Assembly (NCBI RefSeq): GCF_018350175.1
Contig: NC_058368.1
Span: 22,508,001 to 22,572,000 of the forward strand
Length of the DNA stretch: 64,000 nt
Source: Felis catus
Taxonomy: Eukaryota
Direction: 5' to 3'
In this document: positions 62,800 through 64,000 of the stretch, piece after piece
How positions within the stretch are numbered: the first letter of the stretch is position 1
Layout of the letters: each line of letters begins with the position of its first letter
Position numbers and translations under genes: made by a program
Notes under the pieces: model-generated
The model's database searches: none
What the model was told of the DNA's origin: nothing
Seen by the model: the letters and a program-made list of their open reading frames with translations, nothing else

Positions 62800-64000
62800 C
62801 AGAGGGCTTTTAAACTAGTGGAGAAGGCAGGCCATGGCTAAGTGAATTCAAGAGAATAAGAACAATAATAACATCATGTCCAGGGTCCCCATATCTTAGC
62901 CTAGGAAATAAGAGAGAGACCTTTACAGAGGTGTCCCTTGAGTTTGGTCTTCAATCATGAGAAGAAGCTCACTAGGTAGCCAAGAAGAGCAGGTGTAAAA
63001 GCAAAGACAAAGAGCATGGAGTGTTCTACAACTGATGAGAGTTTCTTTTTATCTCTAGAATACCTGGTCCAGAGACTATGACACTCTCTCCTTTGGCTGG
63101 CATCCATGTCGAATCTCTGGGCATTGTAGTCAATAGAGAAACCAAAAATCATTAATGACTATTGCATAAATGAACCCAGGCCGACAAGTCTACCTGGAAA
63201 ATTCTTAGCTCACACTTTTCTCTCGCTCTAACTTTTTCTGTTACCTTTTCATGGGGAGAATTAAGCAAATCAAAATGGTGGTGTCTGGCTGTAAATAGGT
63301 CCTGCCTGTCACTGTTGATCACGAGAGATTTTTCTTTCTGAAATCAGATCATTTAACCTCATTTATAACAGCCATGTTCAGGTGCTGGGAGAGCGGATGC
63401 TGCTAATAATAACAACTGACCAATGACTTTCCAGCAAATATAGGATAAGTCACCCAGTAGGTAGAAGAGTTAGTTCCTCCATGTCCATTTCATAAAGAAA
63501 ATTCTAGAGCTTTAATTAGTTTAGTATTATGAGTGGCCATTCCCAGATATAGTTCTTATGTCTCTATACTCTTTTATAAACCACGGACATCTGCCAGCTG
63601 CTCCTACTGAGACGAGAATGTTTCTATCCAGGCAGAGGGACAGAAACATGGTAGAAAATGAGCAGGCTGAAACCAATAAGGAGAAATACGAGAAGAAAAA
63701 AATGCACAGTCGACTTTTGCTGTGTATTTTAAGAGAAATTCCAGTCCAGTTGTAGCTGAGAGATGATTCATCCTGTCTACAGAAGCACCAAGAGGAATGA
63801 ACAAAAAACAAGATTCTGTTTTACATAATTCTCATTTTCATGCAAAGAGCTATGCGAACAGCTCATGAAATTAGCCAGCAATTGAACCACCTCACTATTT
63901 AGAGTGTCAGGCGGAGTGCACGAGATTATTCCAGATAAGGATTATGACAGCTGGTCAGTTAGAAGACTATCATAGACCATGCCCTTCCCTTGAGAACATC

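Noticed and set aside
63064..63193. Possible minus-strand exon bounded by TTTTCCAG and CAG|GTAT
   Set aside because: Stops occur in all three frames and the signals are modest, so it cannot be supported without expression data.
1..64000. Prokaryotic-type systems (CRISPR, operons), rRNA, or foreign or viral inserts other than the ERV
   Set aside because: No repeat-spacer arrays, gene-dense segments or compositional discontinuities; the sequence is consistently mammalian and repeat-rich.

Overview
Non-coding mammalian DNA from a carnivore, almost certainly a felid: the roughly 26 tRNA-derived Can-SINEs have the cat SINEC_Fc layout. The window is repeat-dominated intronic or intergenic sequence. 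I cannot support any host protein-coding exon, and nearly all listed ORFs are by-products of SINEs, L1s, LTRs or simple repeats. Repeat content includes young and old Can-SINEs (many with clear TSDs), carnivore-specific and ancient L1 fragments, two HAL1 copies (one near full length and heavily nested), L2, MIR, CR1/L3, MaLR and ERVL solo LTRs, hAT MITEs, and a fossil ERVL-class provirus with readable protease and RT remnants plus a PPT and 3' LTR. The standout is a very young 7SK snRNA retrocopy (21219-21520) with a perfect TSD. It has an intact 5' end but stops at about nt 286, where a poly(A) begins, so it lacks the LARP7-binding 3' hairpin. I found no convincing new multi-gene system. Repeat family names come from my recall of consensus sequences, not a search, and boundaries of old elements are approximate.
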